Source: Azolla caroliniana
Taxonomy: Eukaryota; Plantae; Polypodiophyta
Assembly: GCA_043228905.1 (NCBI GenBank)
Contig: JBHGNT010000001.1
Span: 21,266,001 to 21,330,000, forward strand
Reading direction: 5' to 3'
Length of the DNA stretch: 64,000 nt
Positions 24,852 to 35,600 of this stretch are shown here, piece after piece. Both the position numbers and the translations under genes were made by a program. A model generated the notes under the pieces. That model searched no databases. It had not been told where the DNA came from and saw only the letters and a list, made by a program, of their open reading frames with translations. Position 1 is the stretch's first letter; every line of letters begins with the position of its first letter.

Positions 24852-25211
24852 GATCACACACCGTCATTTAAAAAAAAAAAAAAATCATTAAAAATCGAGG
24901 TATGAACGGACGTGAAAGCAAGGAGCGAAAAGGTACGTAGTGGGCATTTAAGAGCCGCCACATTGCTTAATACTAATTTGGTACACGACGTGCGCATGCT
25001 CGAAAAAGGCGCCAAGACGCACAGAGAAAAAGAAGAACGCATGGAGACCTTCTTTTTTCGCGAGCCAAGAAGCACAGAAGCACCAAGGCAGTGGAAGCTT
25101 AGCAAACGCGAACCTGCACTCAAAGAAACCCCACGTTCTGAACGCTCTCTCTCTCGCTCTCACTCTCATCACCACTCTACCTCGCCATCTTTCCTCGACC
25201 TCGAAGCAAAC

Positions 25212-27878
25212 ATGGAACCACAAACGCTGTCGGAAGCGGCCAGGAAATGGTTCAGGCAACACGGACTGGATGGGTTCTTGACCATCATGGAGGCACCACC
25301 GCACAGAGAAGCCGACCGGGTCATCAAGGAGCTCGACACAGAAGTCATCACCGAAGAAGCGATCCGTGCGCTAACAGGCCTTCCGGAGGGAGGTATTTTT
25401 CAGATTGATAACCCAACCTCGGAGCAACTCACCCGATATTTCGGTGAGTACTCTGTAGCCGGCAAAGGCTATCGAATGCAGGGCGGCGAAGATCCGCTAT
25501 TCAGGGAGATAGCTCGAGTGCTCCATGAGTACGGCCACGTGTACCCCCGACCCCCTGTCATGCCAAAAAATCGGGCAAGGATGATCATAGCCACCTATGA
25601 AGGGATCAAGGTGGACTGGCCGGTGTTGATTGCAGACGGGCTGTGCGCGGCAATCGACATGGTACGAGGAAAGGACGGCAAGGAGGGCCGGAAGCTGTGG
25701 CATGCCGTAGCTCAGTGGATAACATTGCTCGTGCCGCCGGTCGAGACCATTCAGCCAAAGAAGCGGCCAAGAGTATCGGAAGGAAGCACTTCCAAGCCCG
25801 CGTCCAAACGACAGCAGCTGCTGGCGTCGAAGGCGACGAAAGGAAAGAAACGGGGCCCAGAACCGGAGGAGGTGTCACCGGTGGGACCCGTTAAGATAAC
25901 CATACGGCGACCGGGACAAAAGGAACCGGAACCCTTGACGACACAGAAACATGCCGTTACCCAGGAAGAGGAAACGGAGGAGCCAGAAGAGCACCTCCAA
26001 CGACGGTCAAGAAGTAGGACCGCCGGGACAGCGGGGGAGCGTTCGGACCCGCAAAAGGAGGAAACGCCCCCAACTCAACCTGGGCAAACCACAAGGGAGG
26101 AACCGGAACCGGTGCGTATAGAACCGGGCTTCACGACTTCTATAGAAGAAGTCATTCCAACGGCTCCGGAGACGGCAAGAACCGGAACTCAACAGCCGGC
26201 GAGCCCAGCCAGCACACACGGCGGCCAAGAAGTAGAACCAGAACAGCAGATACAGGCACTCAGGCCAGACAATTCCACAGTGAACGAGCCGACCCGACCA
26301 GTACAACAGCAAGGCACCAGTAGCATGTGGCTACGGTGGGTAGGCGAGCAGATCGCCGGAGCGGTCGAGTACATAGAGGCGGAGGAGAGAGCGCACCACG
26401 AACGGTTGCTCGTCACAACCGTAGATCTAGAGACGGCCCGGTCCAGAATCCGGAGCCTTGAACAAGACTTGGACAGGGTCACAAGGGAAATGGCTCAATT
26501 GGCTTTGACAACACAAGTCCAAGCACCGGTGACTCCGGGCAATGTACAGAATAAAGCGTCAGATCAACCTGTACATAGCAATCAGACCCCGGCAACGGAA
26601 ACCGTTCCGGAGAGAAATGCGGCACAAGCCCAAGAGCTTGCGGACTTAAAGGATGAGCTAGCTGCCCAAGAAGCGCTGAGGAGCCGCGAAAGAGAGTTGA
26701 AGACGGCAACGGAGGCAGAACTCAAAAAGACTGCTGAGAATCTACGTCGGGCTGAGGAGAGCTTACGGAAAGGCCACCAAGCGTACGACCGGCTCAAGGA
26801 GGAAAAGGAGAAAATGCTGCAAGAGAAGGACAGACTCCGGAGAAACGTCGAAACAGAAGTAGAGCGCCTGAAAGAGGAACTCCGGCAGGTAAAGGACCGG
26901 GAGGACCGGAACCATCGCCAGATCAACGGCAAGCTCAAACAAAAAACGGAGGAATTTGAGCACTTGCACCGGGAGTATAAACGGTTGCAAACGGAGCACA
27001 AGGAACGGACGGATGAGCTCCGGCAAGCAGTTGATCGGACCGCAACGGCATACGCTAATGAACAAGCGGAAACCAGAAGACGGTTGGAAGAGGCGGAGAA
27101 GGTTCGGACAGAGCTCCTCAGGCAACAGCAGGCGGAAAAAGAAAGAGCGGCGGAGGTACTGCAGAGGCTGCAGACAACATATCAAGGGCAGCTGACGCGC
27201 TACAGAGAGCAGGCGGAGGATACGGCGAATCTCATCAAGCAGTTGAAGGAGGAGCGACAAGTGGTGGAAAGTAGAGCGCAAATGGGAGCAAGTCGCATCC
27301 AGGATATCATGCGGGCCTGGTTGAACCAGACCAAGAGCTTGATTGACAACGGCTCCGTCAAATGGTGGACCAAGTGGGCCACGAACGCGGCGGAACTCCA
27401 ATTGCTCCGGGCCGACGTAGAGAACCGGCGGAAGGAGGGAGATGATTGCTATATGCTGACTTCCGAAGACTTCACCGGCATAAGAGATGAGCTGGCCGAA
27501 GACTTTCAAGCCTTGGCAGAGGACCAACTAGGGCAAGTCCGTCAACTTGTAGCTCAGCTGGACGACGACAGGCTGGAGGCGCAGATCCAGTTTGAAAGCT
27601 ACGAGAGGTCCCGGATCCGGGAAGAGAAAGCACGAGAACCAGTTACGGTCAACCTCAGTGATGAGGAACCGTTACTGGAAGGAGACCGGACCGGAAGCAG
27701 TCAAACGGAGATGCCGGAGTCAGAGAAACAAACGGAGCAGCCGCCTATAGAGCAGCCGGAGCAGCCTCAGTCCCAACCGCAACCACAGCAGCAGCAAGCA
27801 CAGCCGCAGCAACCACAACCGGAAGAACAAGTGGAAATTCTGGAACACAGTATTTTGGACAATTTGGGTGAACAATGA
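25212..27878 (+). CDS. Element C extra 3' ORF, intact (~888 aa from ATG 25212; frame open from 24912), function unknown
   Basis: Uninterrupted frame; homologous to the extra ORFs of A, B and J; long E/K/R/Q/L-rich helical region. Confidence 0.88.
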   Translation: MEPQTLSEAARKWFRQHGLDGFLTIMEAPPHREADRVIKELDTEVITEEAIRALTGLPEGGIFQIDNPTSEQLTRYFGEYSVAGKGYRMQGGEDPLFREIARVLHEYGHVYPRPPVMPKNRARMIIATYEGIKVDWPVLIADGLCAAIDMVRGKDGKEGRKLWHAVAQWITLLVPPVETIQPKKRPRVSEGSTSKPASKRQQLLASKATKGKKRGPEPEEVSPVGPVKITIRRPGQKEPEPLTTQKHAVTQEEETEEPEEHLQRRSRSRTAGTAGERSDPQKEETPPTQPGQTTREEPEPVRIEPGFTTSIEEVIPTAPETARTGTQQPASPASTHGGQEVEPEQQIQALRPDNSTVNEPTRPVQQQGTSSMWLRWVGEQIAGAVEYIEAEERAHHERLLVTTVDLETARSRIRSLEQDLDRVTREMAQLALTTQVQAPVTPGNVQNKASDQPVHSNQTPATETVPERNAAQAQELADLKDELAAQEALRSRERELKTATEAELKKTAENLRRAEESLRKGHQAYDRLKEEKEKMLQEKDRLRRNVETEVERLKEELRQVKDREDRNHRQINGKLKQKTEEFEHLHREYKRLQTEHKERTDELRQAVDRTATAYANEQAETRRRLEEAEKVRTELLRQQQAEKERAAEVLQRLQTTYQGQLTRYREQAEDTANLIKQLKEERQVVESRAQMGASRIQDIMRAWLNQTKSLIDNGSVKWWTKWATNAAELQLLRADVENRRKEGDDCYMLTSEDFTGIRDELAEDFQALAEDQLGQVRQLVAQLDDDRLEAQIQFESYERSRIREEKAREPVTVNLSDEEPLLEGDRTGSSQTEMPESEKQTEQPPIEQPEQPQSQPQPQQQQAQPQQPQPEEQVEILEHSILDNLGEQ

Positions 27879-27888
27879 AGGGGCCAAG

Positions 27889-27930
27889 AAGGGTTCGACG
27901 TACAAGGTACTGTCCCACGGGCGTGCCATG
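27889..27930 (+). other. Hairpin plus tRNA-3'-like motif at the PPT position of C
   Basis: GG GTTC GAC GTAC AAG GTAC T GTC CCAC GGGCGTGCCA TG, then LTR; identical to A from TTCGAC onward. Confidence 0.8.
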
Positions 27931-28348
27931 TGTTACCGGCCGGCAAGGACTCCAAAATACGGAGTGAAGGAATTAATTAAGTATGGTTGTAATAAGCATA
28001 GTGTGGACGGACGGACTGGAAACGGTATGCTGTTCCAGATCCGGACGGATCCCGAATAGGTGCGATAGGCACCGTTTTGTACTACGGGCCGGAAACCTAT
28101 TTAAAGGCCCGGACCCCATTGTAATCACAGCGGATAATTAATAGAGCATATGGTGTTTATACTTCTGTGTTGATTTCCGTTCTGTAATTACTGTTATATC
28201 TTACGCGTGTAATTAACCAAAGCACTCTAATCGTGTAACCTACGTAAGTCGGTGTAATCGTTGAATCTTAATCCTATGCCGTAATCACCCTTTGGTGAAG
28301 TGTCTCCGTGACACCTTGTGTTAGGCCTTGTCCGACCAGCGAATAACA
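27931..28348 (+). repeat. 3' LTR of C
   Basis: Direct repeat of 12830-13247, followed by TSD CGTCC. Confidence 0.96.
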
Positions 28349-28353
28349 CGTCC

Positions 28354-30147
28354 GTGTTTTGCTTGCGGTAGCTGCGGCAAAGGGGTGGCACGGCACTTAC
28401 ATCAAATGGATGTAAAGAATGCGTTCCTGCAAGGTGAGCTTGAGGAACAGGTGTACATGGTACAACCCCCCAGATTTCACTCCGGAATGAACACTTCGGC
28501 GGTGTGCCGATTGAAGAAGTCCCTTTACGAACTAAAGCAAGCCCCGTGTGCCTGGAACGCGAAGATCACGCAACGATTGCGTCAGTTGGGATTTGTGACG
28601 TCAAAATCAGACTCCTCACTATTCATCCGGAAAGGTCGGCTCGGGCCGGTTAGAATTTTACTTTATGTTGATGACTTGGTCATCACCGGCACCAACCTAG
28701 GTGAGATTGACTGCGTGAAGCTCCAGCTTGCAACATCATTCGACGTGAAGGATCTAGGGGACCCTCATTACTTCCTTGGGATCGAAGTGATCCGCACCCC
28801 CGAAGGCATACTAATCAGCCAACGACATTACGTGCTGAGTATGCTCTTCAAATTCAGGATGACCGACTGTAAGTCCGTCTCGATTCCTTTGGATAGAACC
28901 ATCAAGCTTCACCCCAATTCTGGGAAGGTATGCGACCCGACGAGGTTCCGACAGATAGTCGGAAGCCTTATATACTTGACCATCACCCGACCAGATCTTA
29001 GCTACCCGGTCGGCTTGATTAGTCAGTTTATGGCGCGACCGACCGAGGAGCACCTTTAGTGTGTACAACGCGTACTCCGGTACGTTAGTGGCACTAAGGA
29101 TCGGGGGCTACTATATCGGATCGATATTGTCGCGCAGTTGGTCGGTTACACCGATGTTGATTGGGCCGGAAACGCCGGCGATCGTCGATCCACGTCTGGT
29201 TTCGCATTCTCTCTTGGGAGTGCCGCAATTGCGTGGAGTAGCAAGAAGCAGCCGACAATTGCGTTGTCGAACACCGAAGCTGAGTATAGAGGAGCGGATG
29301 TCGTGACATGCGAAGCCATATGGTTGAAGTGGCTACTTAAGGATCTGTAGGTGGAGGTATCCGATCCAACAACAATCTACTGCGACAACCTCAGCAGCAT
29401 CCAGCTAGCTAAGAACCTCGTCTTCCATGCCCGGACTAAGCACATTGAGGTGCACTAGCATTTCATCCGTGAGATGTCCTCTCTGGTGAAGTCGAACTTC
29501 AGTATGTTCCGACGGATCGGCAAAACACTGACATCTTCACCAAGCCTCTTGGTCTGGACAAGTTGCGGCAATTCTCAGGTGTGCTTGGGTTGCATCACCT
29601 CGACGTGCCGAACTTGAAGGGGAGAGACGTCCATGATGACCACAGAAGGGAGCAGGAAAGGAGTGGAAAAGACTGTGACGTCGAGTCAGATGACGAATTT
29701 GATTTCGGATCGGCTGAAGAAGCCGAGGGTGGATCCACAGAAGAGTTCGAAAGCGGACATAAGGGGAGCAGTCGAAAGAAAGAGCCGAAGCCAACCAAGT
29801 GTGGGGGAGACGAAGCCATCAAGGGCGAGAAGACCGAAGACGAGTTGGAGACAGCCAACTCGGACGAGAGCGAAAACCAATCGGAGGAAGCCGAGTCGGT
29901 TCGGATGTTTGATTCGGATATGCTGAATCAACCAAGGGCCAAGCAGAAGAGAAGGCAACAGAAGAGGCGCCAACACTGCAACAACAAGGAAGCCGAGAAG
30001 GGCCGTGTAGGTAGACAAGCCGACCGAAAGGGTCGAGGCATGCGGAATCGAACGGGTCGAGGAGCGCGAGCGAGGCGTGAAGCCAAAAGGAACCGGAGCG
30101 TAGATCCGGCGGAGCAGGTGGAACCTCAAGTTGAGCTTGAGGGGTAG
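28354..30147 (+). pseudogene. Copia E RT, RNase H and charged C-terminal extension
   Basis: HQMDVKNAFL, LLYVDD, TRPDLSY, WSSKKQ, RTKHIEV; several stops. Confidence 0.9.
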
Positions 30148-30653
30148 TGTTGAGAGACAAGCTCAACATTCGTGCGTAATACGATGCGTAACCTAGTGCG
30201 TAGACTGGATGCGTAAATCGGTACGCACAACATGGCCGGATCGGCTGTGCAAGCTGAGAACCGGATCGGTTGGGACCGATCGATTAGGCCGGACCGATGC
30301 ATAAACCGATACGCAAACCGGTGCGTAACAAGAAGCCGTAGCCGTGCGTAAACCGCGAGGCCATTGGGAAGATATTCCTCGTAAGGAATAATTTTGGGAG
30401 TTAGTGTAGTAGGCTCATTTATGAGTGGTCAAGTACTGTCAGTACGTGTGTCAGCCCTATTGTCAAGGCTTGTATAAAAGGTGCTCACTGAGCACGGTGT
30501 ATGTACAGATTGAGTATTATTTTGAATTGAAATTCTGTGTGTCTTCTCTCTCTCTTTCTGTCTCTCCTGCGTATTGTGTACATTCTAAGCTCTCCATTAA
30601 ACCTGTGTTTCTGAGTTCGGTTATCTATTGCTTCCGCACGCTATTCTTTTACA
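30148..30653 (+). repeat. 3' LTR of copia E
   Basis: Starts TGTTGAG after the PPT; ends ...TCTTTTACA like the related LTRs at 31504 and 58825. Confidence 0.82.
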
Positions 30654-30731
30654 ACATACATATCAACGCATTACATCTTTCACCCTCACTTATCACAATT
30701 AACAATCACCCGTACATCTCGTACGGTAACA
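30654..30731 (+). repeat. End of a family-H LTR that copia E inserted into
   Basis: CATTACATCTTTCACCCTCACTTATCA shared with 50894-50920; ends CGGTAACA like 60410. Confidence 0.6.
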
Positions 30732-31880
30732 GATTATGCCTCTAGTTCTGCTCTTATCAACCGCCTCCATTGCATGCCGACCCACTACGTCCGTGTACAA
30801 CATATCTATTCTCGGTGTGCATGCTCGTCGATGCACCCGTGTGGTTTCTTCAATGAGCAACATTGATTGTAGTTCGAAGAATGATGGTGTGTTCTATCCC
30901 GTGCAGAGAGTCATTCGGAATGCTCCGAACTTTGACGCCAACCCTCCGAGGTAGACCTGCAACATCTCTTCTTCTTCAATCGTCACATTGATAGACCCGA
31001 ACAAATTGCAGATCTCCTTGATCTTGGAGGTGTAATCAACCACCGATATGTCTCTCTATCGAACACTACTAAGCTCTTGTCTAAATTGCAACTTTTTGGC
31101 TATCTTGCTTGCAGCAAAAATCTTCTTCAGATTTCCACAAGCGTCCTTTGGTGTTTTGGCATCCCGAATGTTTCTCAATAGTTGGTCGCTCACATAGGAT
31201 GCAAAGTAATAAAGAACTCTGCTTGTTGTCTATTCCCAAGTTGGGAAATCTCTATGTGTCAAATCTGGTGATGCATCGTTGCCTCCGGCGACATTGCTGC
31301 AGTACCTGTGTCCAAGTAGGTACTGGTGCATCTTGTATGACCAAGACGTAGATTGCTTCTATCGAGCTTCTTCATTGGAAGCGAGCTGCCCATACCTTTA
31401 TCCATGTTCTTGTCTTTTCTTTTCCGGAAGACAAAAAATTGTCTCTGTCTTGTTCGTTTTGTCGGCATCAAAGGATTCTTCTAACCCTCGCGCTCTAATA
31501 CCATGTAGAAAATAAGATGCAGAAGCTTACGAGTTAACAACATAGTCGGATAGGCCAAATGACAGACAACAATTAGGAAATTGGAATACACAGTGAATGT
31601 GTGAGAGAGAGACAGATAGAGTAGACAACAAAACTTGATTCAAAATAATCAACACTCTATACATCAAAACATGCTTAATGAGCACTCTTTGTACAAGCCC
31701 TGATGGTGGCCTACCACAAGTACTATCAGTACTTGAATGCTCATAAAGAGCATCTAACACTAACTCCTAAAGATATTCCTATTACTATAAATAGGAACAT
31801 AGGCCCTAACGATCTGTTTCTCGACCGACTTAGCTGTCAGCTTATTCAACCGACTCTCCTTAGTCGACTCAGCTGTAGCT
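30732..31880 (-). mobile_element. Copia fragment I (gag, PBS and 5' LTR), same group as E and G
   Basis: Minus-strand MDKGMGSSLP gag like G; PBS TGGTATTAGAGC 31503-31492; LTR from 31504 similar to the E LTR. Confidence 0.8.
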
Positions 31881-31881
31881 G

Positions 31882-32390
31882 TAACTTGAGGGGAAGAAGC
31901 GAAAGCAGACGTGAGAGGGAGACAGATGAAGCCTGAAAAGCCGAATCAGATGTGGAATTTGATTTCAGGATGGTTGAAGAAGTTAGAACGTTTGGGACGG
32001 CTGAAAAAGCCGAGGACGGATCGGACGAGAGGACAAGTGAAAGGAGAACGGCTACGTGTAGACTAACCAATTGCAAGGGGAGTGGTGGCCGAAAGAAAGA
32101 GGCAAAGCCAAAGCCAACCTAATGAGGGTGAGGTAGAGTTGTGGAGAAGAAGGCCAAGACTTGGGCTGAGATAGCCAAGGTCCAAATTGAAGACGAACTA
32201 GAGATAGCTGATTCAGACAAGAGAGGGAACGAATTGGAGATAGTCAATTCGGACAAGAGAGGGAAGGAATCAGAGACAACTGATTCAGACAAGAGTGGGA
32301 ACAAATTGGAGATAGCCAATTTGGTCGAGAGGAATGATTCGGACAAGCCGAATCATACGAAGGCGAAGAGGATAAGGTGCCCATGCTAGA
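31882..32390 (+). mobile_element. Copia 3'-extension fragment homologous to 29611-29950, with ~33-bp tandem subrepeats
   Basis: AACTTGAGGGGAAG start; GAATTTGATTTCAGGA and GAGATAGC..ATTC.GACAAGAG repeats match E. Confidence 0.65.
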
Positions 32391-32412
32391 AAAGGAGCTG
32401 GCTACAAACGTG

Positions 32413-32446
<34 letters not shown>

Positions 32447-32490
32447 TGCACATATGTACATATGTACATATATAGATACATATACATATA
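32413..32490. repeat. (CA)n / (TACATA)n microsatellite upstream of the TBC gene
   Basis: Directly visible. Confidence 0.85.
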
Positions 32491-32647
32491 GATATTTTAG
32501 AATTTGGAAATTTCCGAAAGGGAAGACCAAGCACACAAACAAAATACATACACACGCAAAACAGTACACGCAGACGTACGCATCAAGCAAGGCAAGCAAG
32601 GCAAGCAAGCGCGCGCGCAAGAGGCAAAGAAGATCTCTGCAGCAGCC

Positions 32648-35600
32648 ATGAACTTTTTGCCTCCTACGGAGATCCAAGACCTCATGGATGATGCAGACTA
32701 TGCCGCTTCTCAGAAGAACGTCATCACAAGCTCGACAGGATTAACCTCCCAGGAAAGTGTTTTCTTCTTCTTCTTCTTCTTCTTCAGTGAATTATCTTTT
32801 TGGTTCTATTTCTCCATGTACTGCATACAGAAGTGTTTTCTTTCTTTAACGTGATTCTCTCTCTGTTTCTCTGCTTCTCTATTTTTCTTTCCTATTGCAA
32901 TGCATATTATATATTAGGTTATGCTGATGGTGTTCTATATGACTGGATGATGTAGAATTCAATATCTACAGATCATGTGTCAAACTATCGCTTTCCAAGT
33001 CTATGCCATCATTTTCAGACCCATCCGATGAACTAGAAGAGCTTTGTGAGGGATCATCCTCATTATCACTGGCAACCAATGCATTGTCTTCATCCCTCAA
33101 ATTTTTGATCTTTTTTCAGTCTTTATTTCTTCATGCTTCCGTACTTCCTTTGGTACCTGTATACTTTAATTATTCTGATCGTCTTCTTGATGATGGAGAA
33201 TTTGGTGTGCTCTCAGGAAAATTGTACCTTTTCCTCTCATACTATATAAATGCTGAAGTGATTTCGGTCTTGTTTTTCTGCTTCTTTCTTGCTGATTCTA
33301 AATAGAAGAAATATCCCTAGATTATGCTAATGCTATGCTAATGCTATGCTAAGTACGACTGGGTATTCGAGATTTTCATCCTTTTTCTCTCATCGTATAT
33401 GAATAAGTGATTCCATCTCTCCCCCTCTCGCTACAACTGAAGTGTGAAGATTCCCTAGTTTATATTTGGATGATTGCTTCTTCTACGATTTCAATTCGTT
33501 TTTTCAATAGTGAACTGTATACGGGATTTCTTCTGCCTTTCTGTTTCTTCCTTTCTTTTCCTTCACATGTAGCAAGAAAGATTCTTCAATTATGCTGATC
33601 TTATGATGACTTGCTGTTTCTTTGAATTTTCCTAGGATTAAATCGGGACTTTGGCTCCTTTTTTGTAAATACAATGGATTACATATTTTTATTGTGCTTT
33701 TTTTTTCTTCACCTCATCCTGATGCAAGCAAAATCTTCTGTGTTTGCTATTTACAGGGATTGAAAGCAAGACAAAATGAACCAAATTCTACAGAAGGTGA
33801 GGAGGTTGTCTTCATCAAAGATAATGTAGCCGTCCATCCAACACAGAATGCACAACAACGAATAAATGGAAGACTTTGCATATTGAAGCACAGATCTTCA
33901 GTGTCCTTGGTATGTAATCCATTGGTTCACAAAAATGTAGTGATGTCAACTTAACATCTTTTTGAATGGTGCTTATATCCATGGTCATTGGATCTCTTCT
34001 GAGTATGAATCTTTTGTTTGATTTCAACATTTTAATGTCGATGGATAGATTGATTTTATTATCGTCCGTTAAAGTAAAAAATGATATATGGAGCACATAG
34101 AGTTGGTTGGAAGAGGCTAGAGGGAGAATCATGTCGAGCGATTGTTGCACAATCCTGGATGCTAGGAAAAGAGGTATCCTCTTAAGTAGTAGCAAAATGC
34201 ACTCTAAAAGGTACAAATTTCTTTGTTTAAGAAGATCGAACCCCAGATGAACAAGAACAAAGAAAGCAAGCCTATGCAACTAGAATAGGAACTTAAAATG
34301 CATAGCAAGTGATTACCTATGGGTCTGCCTCAAGGTTGAAAATCATGTTTTGGAATTGTAGAGGATATCCATGGAATAAAAGATTAGGATTAAGTGTTGT
34401 AGCTCGTGATGTAGATTTTATATTTCTCGTTGAATATACCTAATATTGATGCTTACATCATAAAATCTATGTGGCATTGTACTAGAAGTAATATTGGGTG
34501 AGTGTGAGTGGCATGTATTTATTGCAAGGGCTTGGAAAATTGCATACGCATATGTAAGTATGATGAGTACAACAGATATATGCGGGTTGAAGTAAACATT
34601 ATATGAAAATAAAATCTATGTGGCATGTTGTTACATTCCTCGTTGAGAATCCAATTACTATAATTTGGATTGTGTGGCATGTTGTTACATTCCTCATTGA
34701 CAATCCAATTACTATAATTTGGATTGTGTGGCATGTTGTTACATTCCTCTTAGAGAATCCAATGACTATAATTTGTATGAGCTAAGTCGTGATGATCTTT
34801 TTCTGATCTATATGTTAAAATTCTTGAAAGATTGGAAAAGTGTTGGTTATGGGAGATTTTAATGCTAGAGTTGGAACTTATCAAAATGTGGAAGTTGATG
34901 ATAATCAGATTTTGATGGGTGACTTAGAAGATTGTACTATATCAGTTTATGGTAAGATTCTCATACGCATGCTTAAATGCGCAAACTTGCATATTCTCAA
35001 TGATACTAATGCATTTTTGATGACAAATGTTTTGACATGTCTTCCAGCCCCAGGGGGAGGAAGTGTAGTTGACTATGTATTGGTGAAAGAATGTAATGCA
35101 TCCATAGCAAATACATCTAGTATTGACCCATTGTCACTTGACTCAACCACAAACTCTTATACTTGCACATTGCAACCGAAAACTCGCACATTGACCAATG
35201 CAGAGTACAAAAGGGAAAGAGGTAAGCTAATCTATATGCGAATGAGGTTGAGGGTTATGTCATGAACCTCTCTCCCTTAGTAAATATGTGAATAAATTGG
35301 GAGCAATTGAAGGATGTCATTCTTAAGGTACTGTATCATTCCTCTCTCTGATACAGAGATGCATGCAAATCTACGAAAGAGTGGATCTCCAAATTGTGCC
35401 ATTGCGATGTGAAATCAGAGGAACATTATTTTTTCGATTATACCATTTTCTATGAAATAAGAGGACATACTACTACCTTGTAAACAAGGCATTGGCCCAC
35501 AAAGCAAGATAATGATATACGAACACAAATGATGCATGGGATTGTTCTTGCTAGAACTTAAGAGATGGAGGGAAGTTGTTTGATAATAATACATACAGAA

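Larger units (their letters stand above)
12830..28348 (+). mobile_element. Full-length Athila-like Ty3/gypsy element C, with nested element D
   Basis: 418-bp LTRs 12830-13247 and 27931-28348 (2 differences seen); TSD CGTCC at 12825-12829 and 28349-28353; gag-PR-RT-RH-INT plus extra ORF; no chromodomain and no second RNase H seen. Confidence 0.96.
6581..30653 (+). mobile_element. Degenerate Ty1/copia element E, split by A, B and C; 5' end outside window
   Basis: Segments 6581-8048 (PR WYVDSG, INT IHSDVWGP), 12139-12829 (start of RT), 28354-30147 (RT YVDD, RNase H); they join colinearly across the TSDs of B and C; PPT GAGGGGTAG then 3' LTR. Confidence 0.92.

Noticed and set aside
24912-27878. 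Extra ORF as a retroviral env
   Set aside because: No signal peptide or transmembrane segment visible; highly charged
27874-27893. Purine-rich AATGAAGGGGCCAAGAAGGG as the PPT of C
   Set aside because: Ends 37 nt before the LTR, is interrupted, and is not conserved in A, B or J
12830-28348. Element C actually oriented on the minus strand with the 3' motif as its only PBS
   Set aside because: All ORFs and a normal PBS are on plus, and no minus-strand PPT abuts the left LTR
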